From: a virus
IMG/VR virus record: IMGVR_UViG_3300040811_000439
Location: 1-64,000 of that record
Direction: 5' to 3' (one strand)
DNA length: 64,000 bases
Below are positions 63,837 through 64,000 of this stretch, in pieces. The notes under the pieces are model-generated. The model was not told where the DNA came from, did not search any database, and worked only from the letters and a program-made list of their open reading frames with translations. A program made the translations under genes and the position numbers. How positions within the stretch are numbered: position 1 is the first letter of the stretch; each line of letters opens with the position of its first letter.

Positions 63837-64000
63837 TCAAATATCTCTAGATTGTGTTGAGCCGCTAAGTCTGCTCTGTCCGCGGGTGCTTCCTCTTGGG
63901 GCAGCTTGGCGTTTTTTGATCATTTTATTCACTGTATCCGCTTGCTGAGCTGAGTAGCCAGTAATCTCACCTGTTGTATTTGCTGCTGGTTTAGATGTAG
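63837..64000 (-). CDS. Partial CDS (start lies beyond the window)
   Basis: Open frame ...TSKPAANTTGEIT...STQSRDI* ending at 63837. Confidence 0.55.
   Translation of the reverse strand, partial: TSKPAANTTGEITGYSAQQADTVNKMIKKRQAAPRGSTRGQSRLSGSTQSRDI

Noticed and set aside
1-64000. tRNA/rRNA genes, integrase or transposase, stop-codon reassignment
   Set aside because: No cloverleaf or rRNA-like segments were seen in the short intergenic gaps and no recombinase motifs were found. Known genes are full length in the standard code, with TAA, TAG and TGA all used as stops. A tRNAscan run would be the formal check.

Overview
This is a 64 kb segment of a large lytic tailed phage, T4-like in its replication genes and in a TAAATA late-promoter motif. 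It uses the standard genetic code and is densely packed. The host is probably a diderm, possibly alphaproteobacterial (inference from promoters and an autotransporter). Bases 1-19.5 kb (+ strand) carry tail/fibre structural genes, then a large tailoring cluster: glycosyltransferase-like genes, five tandem Twitch/SPASM-radical SAM paralogs, a 2OG-Fe(II) oxygenase, an SGNH-like protein, a carbamoyltransferase and dCMP deaminase. Bases 19.4-64 kb (almost all - strand) carry ThyX, a MoxR AAA/vWA pair, RNase H, a lipoprotein S8 autotransporter, a sliding clamp, DNA polymerase B, a MotA/MotB-like membrane triad and a cluster of probable internal head proteins. They also carry a 7-deazaguanine pathway (FolE, QueD, QueE, YhhQ, a second QueD-like T-fold protein, a TGT/DpdA-like enzyme; no QueC/QueF in the window) embedded in sugar-modifying genes plus PurT. 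The most interesting signals are: (i) a polyprotein built from four unrelated ~70-aa cassettes separated by a 21-bp direct repeat encoding EEVELDE, a prohead-protease-like site; (ii) a DpdA + glycosyl/formyl operon that may make a new hypermodified deazaguanine, whose DpdA ends in the same clamp-binding-like tail as the polymerase; (iii) preQ1-I-like structured leaders ahead of queD and folE; (iv) the five-paralog radical SAM array. All functional calls come from motifs recognised by eye; no database searches were run.
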